From Cycas panzhihuaensis (lineage: Eukaryota > Plantae > Cycadophyta), in the NCBI GenBank assembly GCA_023213395.1, contig CM041465.1, positions 12,710,001 to 12,774,000 of the forward strand: a stretch of DNA of 64,000 nucleotides. Direction: 5' to 3'. The notes beneath the pieces are model-generated. The model did no database searches. It was given only the letters and a program-made list of their open reading frames with translations, and was not told the origin of the DNA. This document shows positions 1-14,400 of the stretch, one piece after another. Numbering within the stretch: position 1 is the first letter of the stretch; every line of letters starts with the position of its first letter. The position numbers were made by a program, and so were the translations under genes.

Positions 1-1638
1 GTCATCCTTCTTTGCCTATTAGTCAATTAAAGAACACATCATCAAGACATACCTAATCCCAACCTTAAAAATATGCTAGTAACCTCATATGTAACAAGCA
101 CCTTATTACCTCAAATCACCATTTTTATTGTCCTTAAATTTGCCTTATCATTCCCATAAATCTCCTTCACATAAATCACATTCCAAAGAGCATTAAGTTG
201 CCATATGCCATCCAACTCACTCATGCAAACACATGAACTATCACTTTATCACCACACTATGGCATTGTCACAATAACTTTCTCATATAAACACATGTAAG
301 AAAGAACTCAAATTGTCATTAATCAGTCACCATCATGCATCTCAAATCACTAATAGAATTCCAAATACATTAACATCAACATGACTTAATATCATCTCAA
401 AAAGTACTCTCCCATGTATAACACATGCAAGAGATCCTTAAATAGTCACCTCATATTGCACCATCACCTAACTTATTTTCTCATGTAAATTACATACAAG
501 AAATCTTATAATCACCTCATCGCACCCATTAATCATGTCATTTCTTGCCTATAAACTTTCTCATATAAATACATATAAGAAAGCATCATATCCATGCCTC
601 AAATATTGTCAACAAATCACCATCATACAACAAACTCATGCTTAATTCATTATCAAAATAAGACCCTTTTAATAAATGAAAAAATACATCATTAATATCC
701 ACAAGTATCACCTCATTCACACCATCATTTAAAAGTATCATCTTTCCAATAACATATATGTATAATAAATATATTGGGCCCCAAGAGTAATGGTTTTGTT
801 GCCAAGAAAAGTATAATATGAAACCCTTAAATTCTCAAAAAACTTATTTCTAGAAAAAATATAGCTCAAAAATATATAAAATATGTATGGAAATGATAGC
901 CTCTAAAATACAATTCCAACAGTTTAGACGAAATTGAATTCTAAAATCTAGATCAAAAGTTATGCCCTTTTTAAGAATTTCACAATTAGGGTTTCTAGGG
1001 ACTGTAATAGTACCTTTTGATAAACTACTAGTAACCTTTTGATTTGAACTTTGATGAAACTTAAACCACTTCCATTAGAAATTAAATTGAAAAATACATA
1101 GAATAAAAAAACTGTAGCTAAATTTATGGCTCTTTAAAGTTGTGGTTACAGATCTATCTCAAAAATATGGCAATTGAAAAAAATAGGCTAAAATTAATTC
1201 TGCTATAATGTTTGTACTTTCACTCCAAAATCTATAATGTAGCCACTCAAATTTTATAGAATGAGCCATTTTGTCTCAATTTTGCCATTACTTTTTAGAA
1301 ATTTTAATATTTATTCTCTCAAATATGCTTTCAACCCTTGATGGCACCTCCTGAATCACTGCTTTGATACCGAATAAAAACACCTCTCTCAACCTAGGTG
1401 CTCTGATACCATGTTGGAAAATCAAACCTGTAATAAGATAATATTCACAAATAAAAATAAACACCTCCAAGATTGAATGGTGCCCTTAAGGTACCTCAAA
1501 TTATATTAACAAAACATCCTTACAATAGATATTATATATGATACATTATGTGTGCATTTATAATATATGACATGATAATGAGAGCGGGACCCACTTGCAT
1601 GTGGGTTAAAATAAATGTGCATTACTAATATTCCAACA
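1..1638 (-). mobile_element. 5' end of a minus-strand LTR retroelement (5' LTR, PBS and non-coding leader) continuing off the left edge
   Basis: gctctgatacca (reverse complement of the tRNA-Met PBS TGGTATCAGAGC) at 1400-1411 abuts a segment bounded by TGTTGGAA...TTCCAACA (1412-1638); no coding motifs recognised in 1-1399. Confidence 0.8.
1412..1638 (-). repeat. 5' LTR (227 bp)
   Basis: 8-bp perfect terminal inverted repeat TGTTGGAA/TTCCAACA; PBS adjacent; from 1639 the sequence matches the repeat copy at ~35468. Confidence 0.8.
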
Positions 1639-4600
1639 TCCAATAGGTCCCATATGGTTGGGATAAGGTAGAACGAACGGGATAGATGGAGAGACCTAAG
1701 GCATGCTTGGTCATGAAATGGTCACTTGTAGTATAGAGGTAAGTAGGATAGGTTGTGGAATTTAGTAGATGGGTTGAGAAGCCATTTAAGAAAACTTAAC
1801 CCCCATCCCATATGAGGGATTAATGTGGGAAGGAGTGATGGTTATGTATTAGGTAGGTAGGACCATGGACTAAGCCATCATCTAGGGTATAGAGTGGGGT
1901 TGTGTGGATTGAGTTAGGGGAGAGATAGTGGAAAACAAGGCTAAGGCATTAAAAAGTAGGTATAAGACCTAAGCAAGGGTAGATTCCCTTATTGTTGCTA
2001 CAATATGGGCCCTTAGAATTACCACAATATCCCATAGAGGGGTATGGGTCTAATCAAAGGTATAGATGTACTCACCCTAATGGCTTTAATTGAATGAGAA
2101 TGAGTGGCAATTTAAGAGCCTAGGTGGGTTCTTAATAGGGATGTCCCCTATGACATGGGTATGAGACCTAATCAAGTTTTGATAAAACCCATTAGCCTTA
2201 TAGGTCTAAAATGAGTAGTAGCATGCAACCTCTTGAAAGGCTAGATTAGATGGATATAGACCGACAGGTTAGGAGGAATCATAGGCATAAGGTTGGTATA
2301 GATCCTAAGATCATTCAAATAAGAATTAATTAACCATAGGTAACTCATGGTCACTTACAGGAATGGGTGAGTAGTGAAATTTAAGATCAAATAGTGGGAG
2401 GGATTGTAGGCAATGGGAAAATCATCGCATGTAGGAAGCAACCAAAGTCATATGAATGGAGTAAGGATGTAAGCATTAAAAATCCTTATACGCATCAAAT
2501 CAAATAAATTCCCTAAACTTGAAGGGTAAAGATAAAGGAGATAAAGTGGTAAATATTTATTAATGATAAGTTGAATACCAACTAGAGAGTCCCTGCTATG
2601 ATTGCCAATGAATACAAGCCATCAAGAAGATGAACATATAAAATAACCAAATAATGAAACCTTAAGGTATTGTAAGGTCCTGTGAGGTAGGGTGTAAGCA
2701 AATACCCCTTATAAGGTGCTCATGTGCCTCTTGGGAATAAGTATAAGACTTAGAACATGTTTTTTAATGGCTAATTAGTAGCTGAAAGGGCAACAAAAAT
2801 GGGTGTGTATAAGCTTGACATGGATAAGAAGGGGGTAGTAACCTATGGTAGACTAATTGTAAATCACTCTTAATACAACTATATGTTTTTATAGTTCTCT
2901 ACATATAATAAATATTCCTACTAGCATGTATATTATAGCCTCACAAGTTTGAGGACTTGTAATAATATGATCCTCTCTTTAGCCCAGCCCTTAATGTAAG
3001 CTATCAATCCTATTTTAGATGTGAAGAAATGCAATATAATATGTGATGAAAAGAACAGAACACTCTTGTTCCTTTTGGATTATATCTTTTCTTTAAGGTG
3101 AAAACTATGTTTTATAAGGTAAGGAATGGAGGAGAAGGAAAGAGATGCCACCCAAATATGTAAGAATTAAATAATCCTATTCCTTCTTTACTTCTATCCT
3201 TTTTTCTTTCTTTTTTAAGGGAAAGAGAAACATAAATATGAAAAAGAAACCTACTCTTTCCTCTTTTCTCTAGAGGAAGAAAGGAAACTAGAATAAAAGA
3301 AAATATACTTTTTTTTTTTGTTTCATGAAAAAGAAAGTGAAATGGGGTACCTAGAATAATGCTTGGTTTATCATGCAGTGTCTCTATGAACCCCTTTTTC
3401 TTTTTGATTTGTTAAAGTAGTTCTCAAATATGGTTAAGCAAACATGATATTTATATCCTAAAATTCTAAGAAAATCTAGTAACATTTTAACTTTCTAGAT
3501 CATAGTATGACAAAAAAATATTTTTTGATTAAACCTCAAAATATAGAGAATATCTTAACAACATAAAATTGAACTTACTTTAAACTTTAGGAGCTTTTGG
3601 TGAAAATCTAGTAGCATTTTGGCTACTTAATAGGTAGTCTATCAAATGAGGGTAAAGCATGTAGATGATAAGAATAGGAAGAAGGGTTTAGAATCACTCC
3701 TGAGTCTTCCAAAACCTAAAGCAACATAAATAGACTCCACCTTCAAGATCAAATGAATAAAAAACACCAAAAATACACCACAACTATGGAAATATATGTT
3801 AAAAAATGCTAAAATGTGACTATCCAAAGCACATAAGCCAATAACTTAGTGGGGGAGGAGATATGAGGCTTAAAAAATGGCTCTTATATCTCCCAATATT
3901 AAGACTAAGTAGGTAGTATTTGGTTGTGATTTCTCCTTATAAGGTAAATTAATTGATGGATAAAAAACAAGCAAGTGGAGATGTAAAATAAAGATACAAC
4001 TAAAATGAAATGAGAAGAGTAATACTCAACTCATTCAAATTGAAGGCAATAAATAACTACAAAATTAACTTACTAATGGAGTATGGGATGATGATTACCT
4101 CCTACCAAATGGTGAAGATAAGGCTAATGATATAAAATTTCTAACTAAAAGATGCTCTAACACACTAGGAAGGTGGTCTCTAAGCTAGAAAGAAATGTAT
4201 GTAGTTGATCAAGGCAAACTCCAAATTCTAGTAGAATTTTGGTAGCATAATGGTAGTACCTTCATGCAAACACTTAACCTCTCCTTCCAATAAGAAAAAA
4301 GAGAGGTTAAATAGATGAAGGTGAGGGTGGTATGACTAGTTTTTAGCTGATGCTATAGGTGAAAATAATGGATCTAAATGCATAGGTCTTACCAATGGAT
4401 TTGTCTCAAAACTATATGGAATTGAATATTTTTGATATGACAAGGCTTATTGGGGTTGATAAAATTGGTATACAAAGATCTATAGTGAATAAATAGCATC
4501 CTAAGACTAAATAAGTACAATACATATAATATCTATCACCCTTGGATAGGTGAAAATTGTACCATGAAGTCTTTTGTAGCACTATGAATGATATTACAAT

Positions 4601-4900
4601 ACTACAAAGAACTTCATGGTACCAATTTTCTTTGGTAAAATAATAATTTACTGCCTAAAAAATATAACAAATAGATAATAATCAATATAATGAGTAGGAA
4701 CAAGCATACAATGGATAAAAAAATAAGGAAAATAATGAGATATAAGGCAAAAATAAAGATAAAATAAGGGGAGCAATAGAAAAATGAGATGAACAACAAA
4801 GTAAAATGAATCAATATGGCCTTGCAAGGGCATTAAAAAACCTTTTAAAACTTGCCAATCTAAATGGATAAGTTGAATGGCTATTGACCAAAGTCAAACT
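1639..4900 (-). mobile_element. Degenerate Tat-like gypsy relic (leader and gag N-terminus), minus strand
   Basis: Homologous to 35468-39300, which continues leftwards into recognisable gag and protease of the family; right boundary approximate. Confidence 0.55.
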
Positions 4901-7710
4901 CATTATCGACTAAGAAAATAGTATGGCCTACTAACCTAATAAGTAAATAAGACATACATTTATAATCTAGTGATATAACATGGTAAATAATGAACAATAT
5001 AAAGAAGTGTATGCATATCTTCACTTACTTATTGCCATGATGTTTATGTCATTCTTAGTAGCCAAGAAACACCTTCTTTCCACTAAATAGTGGGGGCAAC
5101 TAACTTTCTACCTAGGTGTTATTACTAGATGAGAGAGGTTGTCTTATGCTTTTGGGTATTTAGCCTCGAACAAGTAGTTAGAGGGTGCCTATCCTTATCA
5201 CATACTAAAACATGGGGCATATATAGTCAAGTGAACTTTATTTCTCCTATTGAGATTGGTGAACTCTTTCTTCCTTCACCTTCTTATAACTTGAGGTTTA
5301 TTGTAATTAGATATGATCATTACTAAGACACTCTTACATGTGAGATCCATCACTAGTATTGGCAAGTCCCCATTAACTTATCCATGATTAGATCTATCAT
5401 ATGGTCTTAATTCCTTTAGACCTCTTACTCTAGGTAGTCCTTTCCTTGTCTCTTACATTGAGTCTATCACTTTAGGTTATTTAGGAGTTATGGGGTTAAG
5501 ATAGGTCAATCAACTTAGGGGGTTGTAGTTTCCATAGTATAGGCATATAATAACATAGGAGTTGTAGGTATTTGTGCTTGATCGACCCCCTTATACTAGA
5601 AGGATATTGGTATGTTATTTGGTCCTTCCAAGGATGCTAGCATTAGGTTGATTGATATTATCTTAGTTGTTGTTACTATTGCATTCATCTCTTCTTTATT
5701 AGTCAATACACATCTACTTCATTTACCTACTTGCACTATACTATTTTCTAATTTAATACAATTAGTATAGTTCTTTAATTTTTACTTTCACCTTCTCCTA
5801 GCATATTGTACATGGCTATAGGTTGCCCTTAGTCTTAGATGATCAATTAAGTGTTATCCATCCCTATAGTTATTTATATAAAATGCACAAGCACCTCATA
5901 GGAGGCATATACTCATGCTATCACTCACACAAGTCCCCCTTTCTCTTCAAGCTAATTCTAAGGAAGTGCTTTGCATGTCTTCTCCTCTTGCTTGACTGCA
6001 TTCACTAGTGACTATACTTACAAACTTGCTAGTAGGGTGTTGACTTTAAACTACTTCGTTATCTCCCTTTCCTCTACTTTATTTTAGCCCTCTTAGTTAG
6101 AGCAAGGTTTTATTTATTTTCTGATGGTTTACTATGAGGATTTCTCATACTTTCCCCTTACTTTTAGAACCTAGGTCCATTTCACCCCTTCCCTCCATTC
6201 TTTCCCCCATTCTCTTTCATATTTTCCTCTCATATGTAATGGTGTCCCCATAACATTTCAGGCCTTTCCCTATCTAAACCTTATTTAATTAGTCTACTTA
6301 CTTCCTTGAATGATGAGCAATCTTTAATGGTGTACCAACCTCCTCCTAAGTGGTCCCAATACCCCTTCTATTCTTATCCATTATATTATCCCTAATACCA
6401 TTACCAATCATATGATCTATATTAGGATTATGCCCAAGATTAGTTCTAGTATACTAATTATCAACCTCCCTACTATCCTTATCAAGAAGATGTTGACCAT
6501 GCCTATAAGACCTATGAGGCTAAAAGGTTTTATCAAAACCATATAGACTCACCCACGCATGTGATTGGAGCTACTTAGCCCTAAGATCCTTGTCAAGCCC
6601 TTAATCCATTAGCTCAAAGATTTTCCTTCACCATACCCAAGATAATGAGTAAGTTTTAGATCTGTTCCAAACCTAAAATATAGTTTGTGATATTGTGATA
6701 ACCCTAAGTTCTTAGTTCAAGGTAGCTATAAGAGATACTACTCCTACTTGGGCATGTTGCTTAGTTTCTAGCACCCTTACCTTTACCTTGCCAATCCTAA
6801 CTCCAACTTTATCTAGCTAGCCTCAAGCCATCTCTTAAATAGTTTCCCAAGTTATCCCTCAACCCACCTAGCCTTAGTTGATAGTTACCTAATCTATAGG
6901 GCCTTCACTTAGAGTAGTCTCTTAACCTTCACTAGATATATCCCAACTTGGGCCCTCTATTCCCTCTTTTATTCCTCCATAAGTTAGCATTCATACTTTT
7001 ATTCCCTAGTTGAGTGCTACTTGGATGCCTTTCTTTATCCCACCACATCCTTATTTCATAGGACATGATGGGTCCCTCACCCTCCTCCTCATCAATACTA
7101 GCCTAATTCATCCATTTTCATCCCTCATGACTACATTACTTATTAGTGGGGGAAAGTCAAGCCTTATCCTTTAATGGATATAGGGTTGTCCATTTAATTA
7201 GAGGCCCATATAAGAAAAACCCTTTGCCTTATCCTTCATTGTATTTTACCCTAGCTTATTAGTCTATCATACCTTAAGCTACTCTAACCTATTAGGTGCC
7301 ACCCACCTAGGCTTACCAAGCCTAACCTACTCCTCTTCTTATCCTACCTTATGTTTAGTTCCTTATGGAGCTATCATATAAGGTCATATATATTATCATC
7401 CCTACCCCACTCTATATAGAGATTTTGGCTATGTATGCCCACCTCCTCATGGACCTTGCCCCTATGCCTGAGTAGTAGCTTCATATATGGTTGGGGGCAT
7501 CCCTTAACCAAGTCCTTAATACCATTCCTACTAATAAGGGTATGCCCATTATGGTACACCCTAAACCTAACTAATCTATTAGCATCAATTTTCTTATGCA
7601 CCTTAACCTAGGGCACATCCCTCCATTAATTATAGGACTAGTCTCTTTTTGTTGAAAGATTAAGAACCAACTTACCTCCCCATCCTCCTAAAGTGCCTGA
7701 GTTTAGGTTT
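1639..7710 (+). repeat. Segmental duplication copy A (partner ~35468-42120) containing two back-to-back Tat-like relics
   Basis: Collinear similarity along the whole length, e.g. 3646 atgagggtaaagcatgtagatgataagaatag vs 37522; 5090 ggggcaactaactttctacctaggtg vs 39488; 7300 cacccacctaggcttac vs 41699. Confidence 0.9.
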
Positions 7711-7775
7711 ACTTCAACCTAAGACCTTATCAATCATGTCCATGCATTTTCCATGGTGTGCATTAACTATTAGCC
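4950..7775 (+). mobile_element. Degenerate Tat-like gypsy relic (5' UTR and gag N-terminus), plus strand
   Basis: 7610-7770 aligns with gag at 56620-56790 (..LRTNLxPHPPxVPxF..HVHxFSMxC); 6005-6040 aligns with the UTR at 55290-55327. Confidence 0.7.
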
Positions 7776-8332
7776 CTAGTTAGAAAATCCTATTAGGTAT
7801 TGGGCACATGCCTTGTGAGACTCCTTATCATTCATCCTACTTAATTGGATCTCCCTCCCATGCCAACTCACTCCAAGTATCCTCCTTATATCTCAAGGAG
7901 TAATCTTAATATCACCTATCCCTCAGACTCTAAATCCACTATTTAAAGGTATCCAAAAATTTATAAAGTCCTATAATATCTTGTATTCAATCATTAATTG
8001 GATGAAACAACTGACCCTGTCAAGTCCACATTGTCCTAATATCTACAAATTAACTATTAAAAGATAATTAATAATGGGGCCTATGGCCAATCATCATTCT
8101 CTTGAGTCTTTGATCTCTAGAGTGGCTACATCATAGGAGATCAAATCAGGTTAGATCAAATATTTTTTATTTTATTTTCTATTTTTTAATCAAGTTAACT
8201 TCTCTAAAAAAAGGTAATTTTATAGTAAAAAATGTAACTTCATAGTGAAAAATATAGTTTTACAGATAAGAATATGAATTATCACTTCAAAAATATAATT
8301 TTCTAAAGTGCTTGATTTTGAAATCATGTTTT

Positions 8333-8531
8333 TGTTGAATTCTACAAGAACACGAAAAACTCTAAGATATAAAATGGTATCATACGATACCTTCCAATAA
8401 AATTAGATGAAAAGATATAACGTACAATATATTTATATACCCATTAAATGGGAGAAAAAATAATTATTTGTAGGCTAACCAAACTACTAAGAAGTTATGC
8501 ATAAATGTGTATTATATTTTATTTTCTAACA
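8333..8531 (-). repeat. Copia 3' LTR
   Basis: TGTTGAAT...CTAACA, matches 17712-17909. Confidence 0.92.
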
Positions 8532-8544
8532 CTTCCTCATAATG

Positions 8545-11430
8545 CACATTTGGTAAAACTCCCAAACCTTCTTTGAATTTGTGATGTTTGATTTTTTATA
8601 GTGCCTTCATAAATATGTTCACAATTTGATCCTATGTTCTGCAATGGATGAACTCAATCTAACCTTCTTAAACTAGCTCTTGAATGTAGTGGTGTTTAAT
8701 CTTGATATTCATTGTCCTTACATGTAAGACTCAATTTTTTGATATTTGAACTATACTATGATTGTCACAATGAATCACAGTAGGACCATTCTATTTTTAA
8801 TGTAGATCCTCAAGTAATCTTATAATCCAAACTGGTTCTCAGCTTGTTGCTTCAACTGCCTTGTATTTTACTTCTACTGTAGATAATGACATAATAGGTT
8901 ATTTTTTTGTATTCCAAGATATTGTTGTTAAACTAATGTTGAACACATAACCTACAATAGATTTCTTGTATTTTATGTCATTAGCCTAGTCTACATTAGA
9001 ATAACCAACCAAACTACATTAATTTAAAGAATTATAGAGAACGCCATGATCAATTATTCCTTTAATTTATCTGAGAATTCTCTTTGTAGCATTCAAGTGT
9101 TCTTGCTTAGGATTTGCCATGAACCTTGAATTCAAATTCACTGCATATTCTATATCTAGCCTTATATTAGTTAAGTAAATAATATTTCCAATCAATTGAT
9201 GATATAGAGTGGGATCAACTAATGTGGATTCTTCATGTTGATATAGTTTTAATCCAACTTCAATAGGAGTGGAGTAAGAAATATAATTATTCATGTTAAA
9301 TTTCCTTAAAATATCCATAGTATATTTGCTTTGTGATATATGAATTCCACTTTCATCTTGCCATACTTTAATTCCAAGGAAATAATGTAATTGCCCTAAA
9401 TTTGTCATCTCAATTTTAGAATTCATATCATCTCTAAATTCTTTGAGTAATTCATCATTATTACTAGTGTAAATTAAATCATCAACATAAACCACAACAA
9501 CTAGAATGGAGTTTTTGGTAGTTTTCACATATATATTTGAATATGATTTACTCCTTTGAAATTTATTATCCTGAAGATACTTGTTAATTATTGTGTACCA
9601 TTCTCTCAGTGCTTACTTTAATCTATATAGAGCCTTTTTAATTTATATACTAAATTTTTTTATTCCCTAACTTCAAAACCTTCTAGTTGGGAGACATAAA
9701 TTTCTTCATCAATATATCCATTAAGAAAGGTTGATTTAACATCCATCTAATAAACCTTCCAACCATGATGAGTAGATAAAGATATAATACTCCTGATTGT
9801 ATTCATTTTAGCAATAGGGGTAAAGTTTCTTCATAATCTATACATTCTTGTTGAGCATAATCCTTTGCAACTAGTCTAGCTTTGTATTTGTTAATTATAC
9901 CATCAGCCTTATACGTAGTCTTATATATCTATTTGGTTTTGATAACATTCTTACCAAGTAGTAACTTGAATAAATCCCATGTTTTATTTTGACTTAAAGC
10001 ATCATATTTTGCTTGCATTGCTTGAGACCATTCATTATTTTTTATAGTTTCTTCAAAAGTCTGAGGTTCATCTTTTTGCATCACTTAAGATATCAAAGAA
10101 TAATTAACTTTAGCCTATGATCTTATGAATCTTTTGTTAGAATCTAGGATATTTCCTAGATCATGGCTTTGTTGTTGGTTTGAACTTGTATCCTTCATCA
10201 TATTTGCATTTGTTCTACCTTCTAAAGACCCAACATCAATTATAACTTCGTTTCCTTTATCATCTTCAAATTTATATATACATTATTCATCAAAGATAAT
10301 ATCTTTATTCATAATTTTTTTTTTTTCAATTGGATCATATAATTTGTAGGCCTTTTGCTCACATGAATAACCTATAAACGTGCACTTGATACCTTTTCTT
10401 TCTAACTTTACTCTTTTCTAATTAGGAACATGAGCATATGCAACATAACCAAACATTCTTAAATTTCTTACATCGAGCTTCTTACCTCTCCATGCTTCTT
10501 CAGGAGTTAAATCCTTCAAGGCCTTATTTGGACTTCTATTTAATAAATACATAGTAGTATTTATTACTTTAGCCTAAAAAGAGTTATCTAACCTTTTTCC
10601 TTTTAGCATACATCTTGTCATTTCCATAACTGTCCTTGTCTTTCTTTTAGCTATATCATTTTTTTGAGGTATATAAGGAGTTGTGAATTATCTCCTTATC
10701 CTAACTTTACTATAAATTTTCTTAAAATCATTAGAGATAAACTCTCCCTTATTACTTAAATGGAGGATTTTCTATTTAAGTCCACTTTATCTTTAAGACA
10801 TAGCTCTAAACTATATAAATTTCAAGAATGTTCTTGATTTTTCTTTAAAAAAATACACCTAAAGTTTTCTTATGAAATCATCAACCAAAATCATGAAATA
10901 TCTTGCTTTTTAATATGAAAAATTCTTCATGGGCCCACATAAGTCAACATTTATTAATTCTAATGGAGCTTAAGATTGGAAATTAGATTCAGGAAAACTA
11001 TATCTATATTGTTTTCTATAAATACATCCTTCACAAACATCATTATCACTTTGAATATATGAGAGGCCTTTAACCATTTCATTCTTACTTAAGGTAATAA
11101 GACTACCATACTTCAAATGTCCATAACAAAGGTGCCATAGGATACTATCGCCATTAAATGCAATATTCAATGCACTATTTTGAGGACATAGAACTAATTT
11201 AAATAATCTATCTTCACTTATTTTCCCATTAGCAACCAAAGAAAATTTTCTTTCTTTGTCATACGTTTTGCATTCACCATTGTCAAATACTAACTTGTAT
11301 CTTTGCTCCATCATTTGGACAACTGACAACATTTTTTTTTTTTTTTAATTTGGGAAGAAGCAACATATTATGAACATCTCTGTTTTCTCTATTATTTATT
11401 TTAATGGAGATAGTTCCTTTTCTTTAAACT
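8545..11430 (-). pseudogene. Copia pol (GAG-pre-integrase, integrase, RT, RNase H) with stops and frameshifts
   Basis: LWHLCYGHL..CEGCIY (pre-integrase zinc finger), VVYVDDLIYT (RT), LHYFLGI. Confidence 0.93.
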
Positions 11431-11435
11431 CCCTA

Positions 11436-14400
11436 TGTTATGAACCTCCTTAAGCAAAAAGCTTAATTAATTAATTAAATATCAGGTGCTATTGAACAGG
11501 CACAACCCTACATGAAAGGGCCTAAGGTGCATATAAAATTGGGCACCAATTGTAATTTAAATATCATATTTTTTTATCTTATCAATCAATCTTGGTTTAT
11601 TGACTACAACTTACTCCAGCGTTCTGGTGTGCTCTCTTACTCAATTCAGTTATCTTCACATTACGAACTGGGTTCGTAACAAGTGGTATCAGAGCGAGTT
11701 TTTGCATGTAAGCAACCCTTCAAACTATCTGTCAAACATATTTGCAAAACTCCTTCAGAGTGCCAGGCTTTGCGCTGTACATGACTGAATAACGAGTGAG
11801 GACATCTCTTCCATTGCCTTTTCCACCTTCTACATTCAATTCATCCATCCTCTATCCCTTGATTGTCCACTGTATTTGGTGATCTTCACTGTCCCATTTC
11901 TATCTATTTACTACTAATGTTTTCCAAACCTGCACTAGAAATCAAACGTCTTCTGTCTGCACTAGAAATCACAAATCTGCGTGTAGGCGACGAATAGTGA
12001 TTATTTTTAGTCCACCACGTCACTATTCCATCTGCGTCTCCTCTACGTTTCATCTTGGCTGCATTTGCGTTGACATCTACGTCCCTACATCTGCGTTGGC
12101 GTCCCTGCCTCTGCGCTGACTTCTGCGTCCTTCTCTGCGTTATCCTTCTCGTCGTCCTGCCCTATCCATCTCCCGTCATTCCTCTGCATCTTCTGTCCGT
12201 CTGGATCCTTATGTCTTCCATTCTATCCTCTGCATCTTCCGTCCGTTCCATTCTTTACGTCTTCAGTCTGTCTACATCCATTTCATCGTATGTCATTCAA
12301 AAATAAATTACATCATGCGTCATTCCCATTAAAACATTAAGTTTTTAATAGTCGCTTTATCATTTCTTATAATTACCCTCCGTTTACTTCATCCATTTCT
12401 TATACTTTTATATATATCTTATATTCTATCATTTATATAGTGTATAAAAGTATCAATTCAATCACTATAAATAATATTTTATAATATATTATTTATATAA
12501 AAGTATCAATTCAATTGTTTATTGACTTCATTTAAATAAAATTTTATTGTCACATAACTAATCTTTAAATCTTTTTACCATCACCTTTAATAAGTTTAAA
12601 CTTTATTTAATATCTATATTTCGTAACATATTTTAAGTTATTATATATATTCTTCAATAATTAAATTGTTCTTCTAGTTACTACACTAAGGAAGGAACAT
12701 AACATCGAATAGTCTCACACAACAAGCAATTTAGTTCATAAGATACTTGAGCTGTCTCAAGGTTGTTGTTTATAATCTTAGGTTGTCACAATATTTAGAC
12801 AATACTTCAATCTCACGTTGAATATTTAAGTCTAATTTTCTAAGTTACATCACTCCATTCAATCTATTAACAATTGTGAACAGGGGATATTTGACCAAAT
12901 TCTTCTTTATCTATCCCTATTATTGATCTTCTCAAATAGGCCTCGATGTCGGTCAATTTATTTAAATTAACTGCTTATTCTTGGTCAAAAGTTTCGCAAA
13001 ATTTAATAAGTATTGAAAGCATGTGACGATCCTTTTATAAAGCTTCATTCAGCTTGTGAAATTTATACACAAGTGTAAAAGAGATTAACAAGAGAAGTAG
13101 AGACTTGTAGTAGCACTCTAAAAATGCCCGTCAAACAGTGGAATCATATTTATACGATTATTAAAATAATAAACACTGAAGACATGGCAGATAACACCGT
13201 TCAAAAAGAGATCGTCGAACCAATCACTCAAGCAGTCCACGAAGCAGTCCAGACATCAAATGCTCTATTAAATCATACATTACACCAGATATTGGATAAA
13301 TTGACAATCATAGTGGAAAAGGGGAAGGAAGATATGATCGTTCCTGATTCTGAGGATGAAGCAATGAGTCGACCATCTAATATCAAAAATCAGACTATTA
13401 ACAAATATTCCAGTCCTCAGATAGCTCCAATTAATACTGAAAATGAAGCTATCAGAAAATACCTTAATGAGTATCGCAATTTGACCCCTGAAGAATAGAA
13501 GATAGTGGGTTTCCAAGCATATTTCAATTGTTTACAAAATATCCAAACACAGAAAAAGAAAAAATTAGAAAAAATAACTATACAACGTTTTAATATGGAG
13601 TAAAATTCGCATGAGCCAAGAGTATGGATCCAGCAAATTGAAAACTATTTTTGCTTAATGGAGATTGAGTCAGCAGAGCAAGTTTCATTAGCTATCTTGC
13701 ATATGGATGGGATAGCATGCGAATGGTGGCAGTTTCTCGAACGAACCTCTTTTCGAGATCAACTACCAACCTAGAAAGAATTCGTGTGTTTATTCATTGA
13801 GCGATTTGAAACCATATCTAATCACGATTATTACTGTGAGTTACGAAAATTAAAGCAAACTGGTTCTGTGGAAGAATACAGTGCAGCATTCACAAGGTTA
13901 AGCTATGTGTTAGAAGATATTCTGACTAATTAACTTATCCAGTTATATATAGATGGTCTGAAACAGAGATCCAAGTTGACATTAAAATTCAAGAACCAAA
14001 GGACCTTAATAAGGCAATACAGTTAGCCAAAATACATGAAGATAAGCATAATACCTTACGCAAAATGGGCACAGATCTCTATATTCCTCCTCTTAGTCAA
14101 CATGATCCTCTACCAAGTGTTCAACATAGACACGTATCAGTTGTTCCAATTCGACCCGCTAAACCTATCATTCAAAAAATAAAAACAGAACAAGATGAGT
14201 TAAGAAGAAAAAACTTATGCTTCAGATGCAAGGAGAAGTGGGAACCTAGGCATCAATGTCAAAAGAACTAGTTATATATAATCCGACTTCTGCCAGATGA
14301 CAATCTTGATGAAGAAGAAGAAGGACCAGAAAATAATCAAGAAAATTATAATGTAGAACATCAAAAAAGCTACAGTAATCCTGAGGTCGACCACCTGCAA

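Noticed and set aside
7779-8332. Possible LTR-like segment truncating the plus-strand gag relic
   Set aside because: Termini and TSD could not be defined
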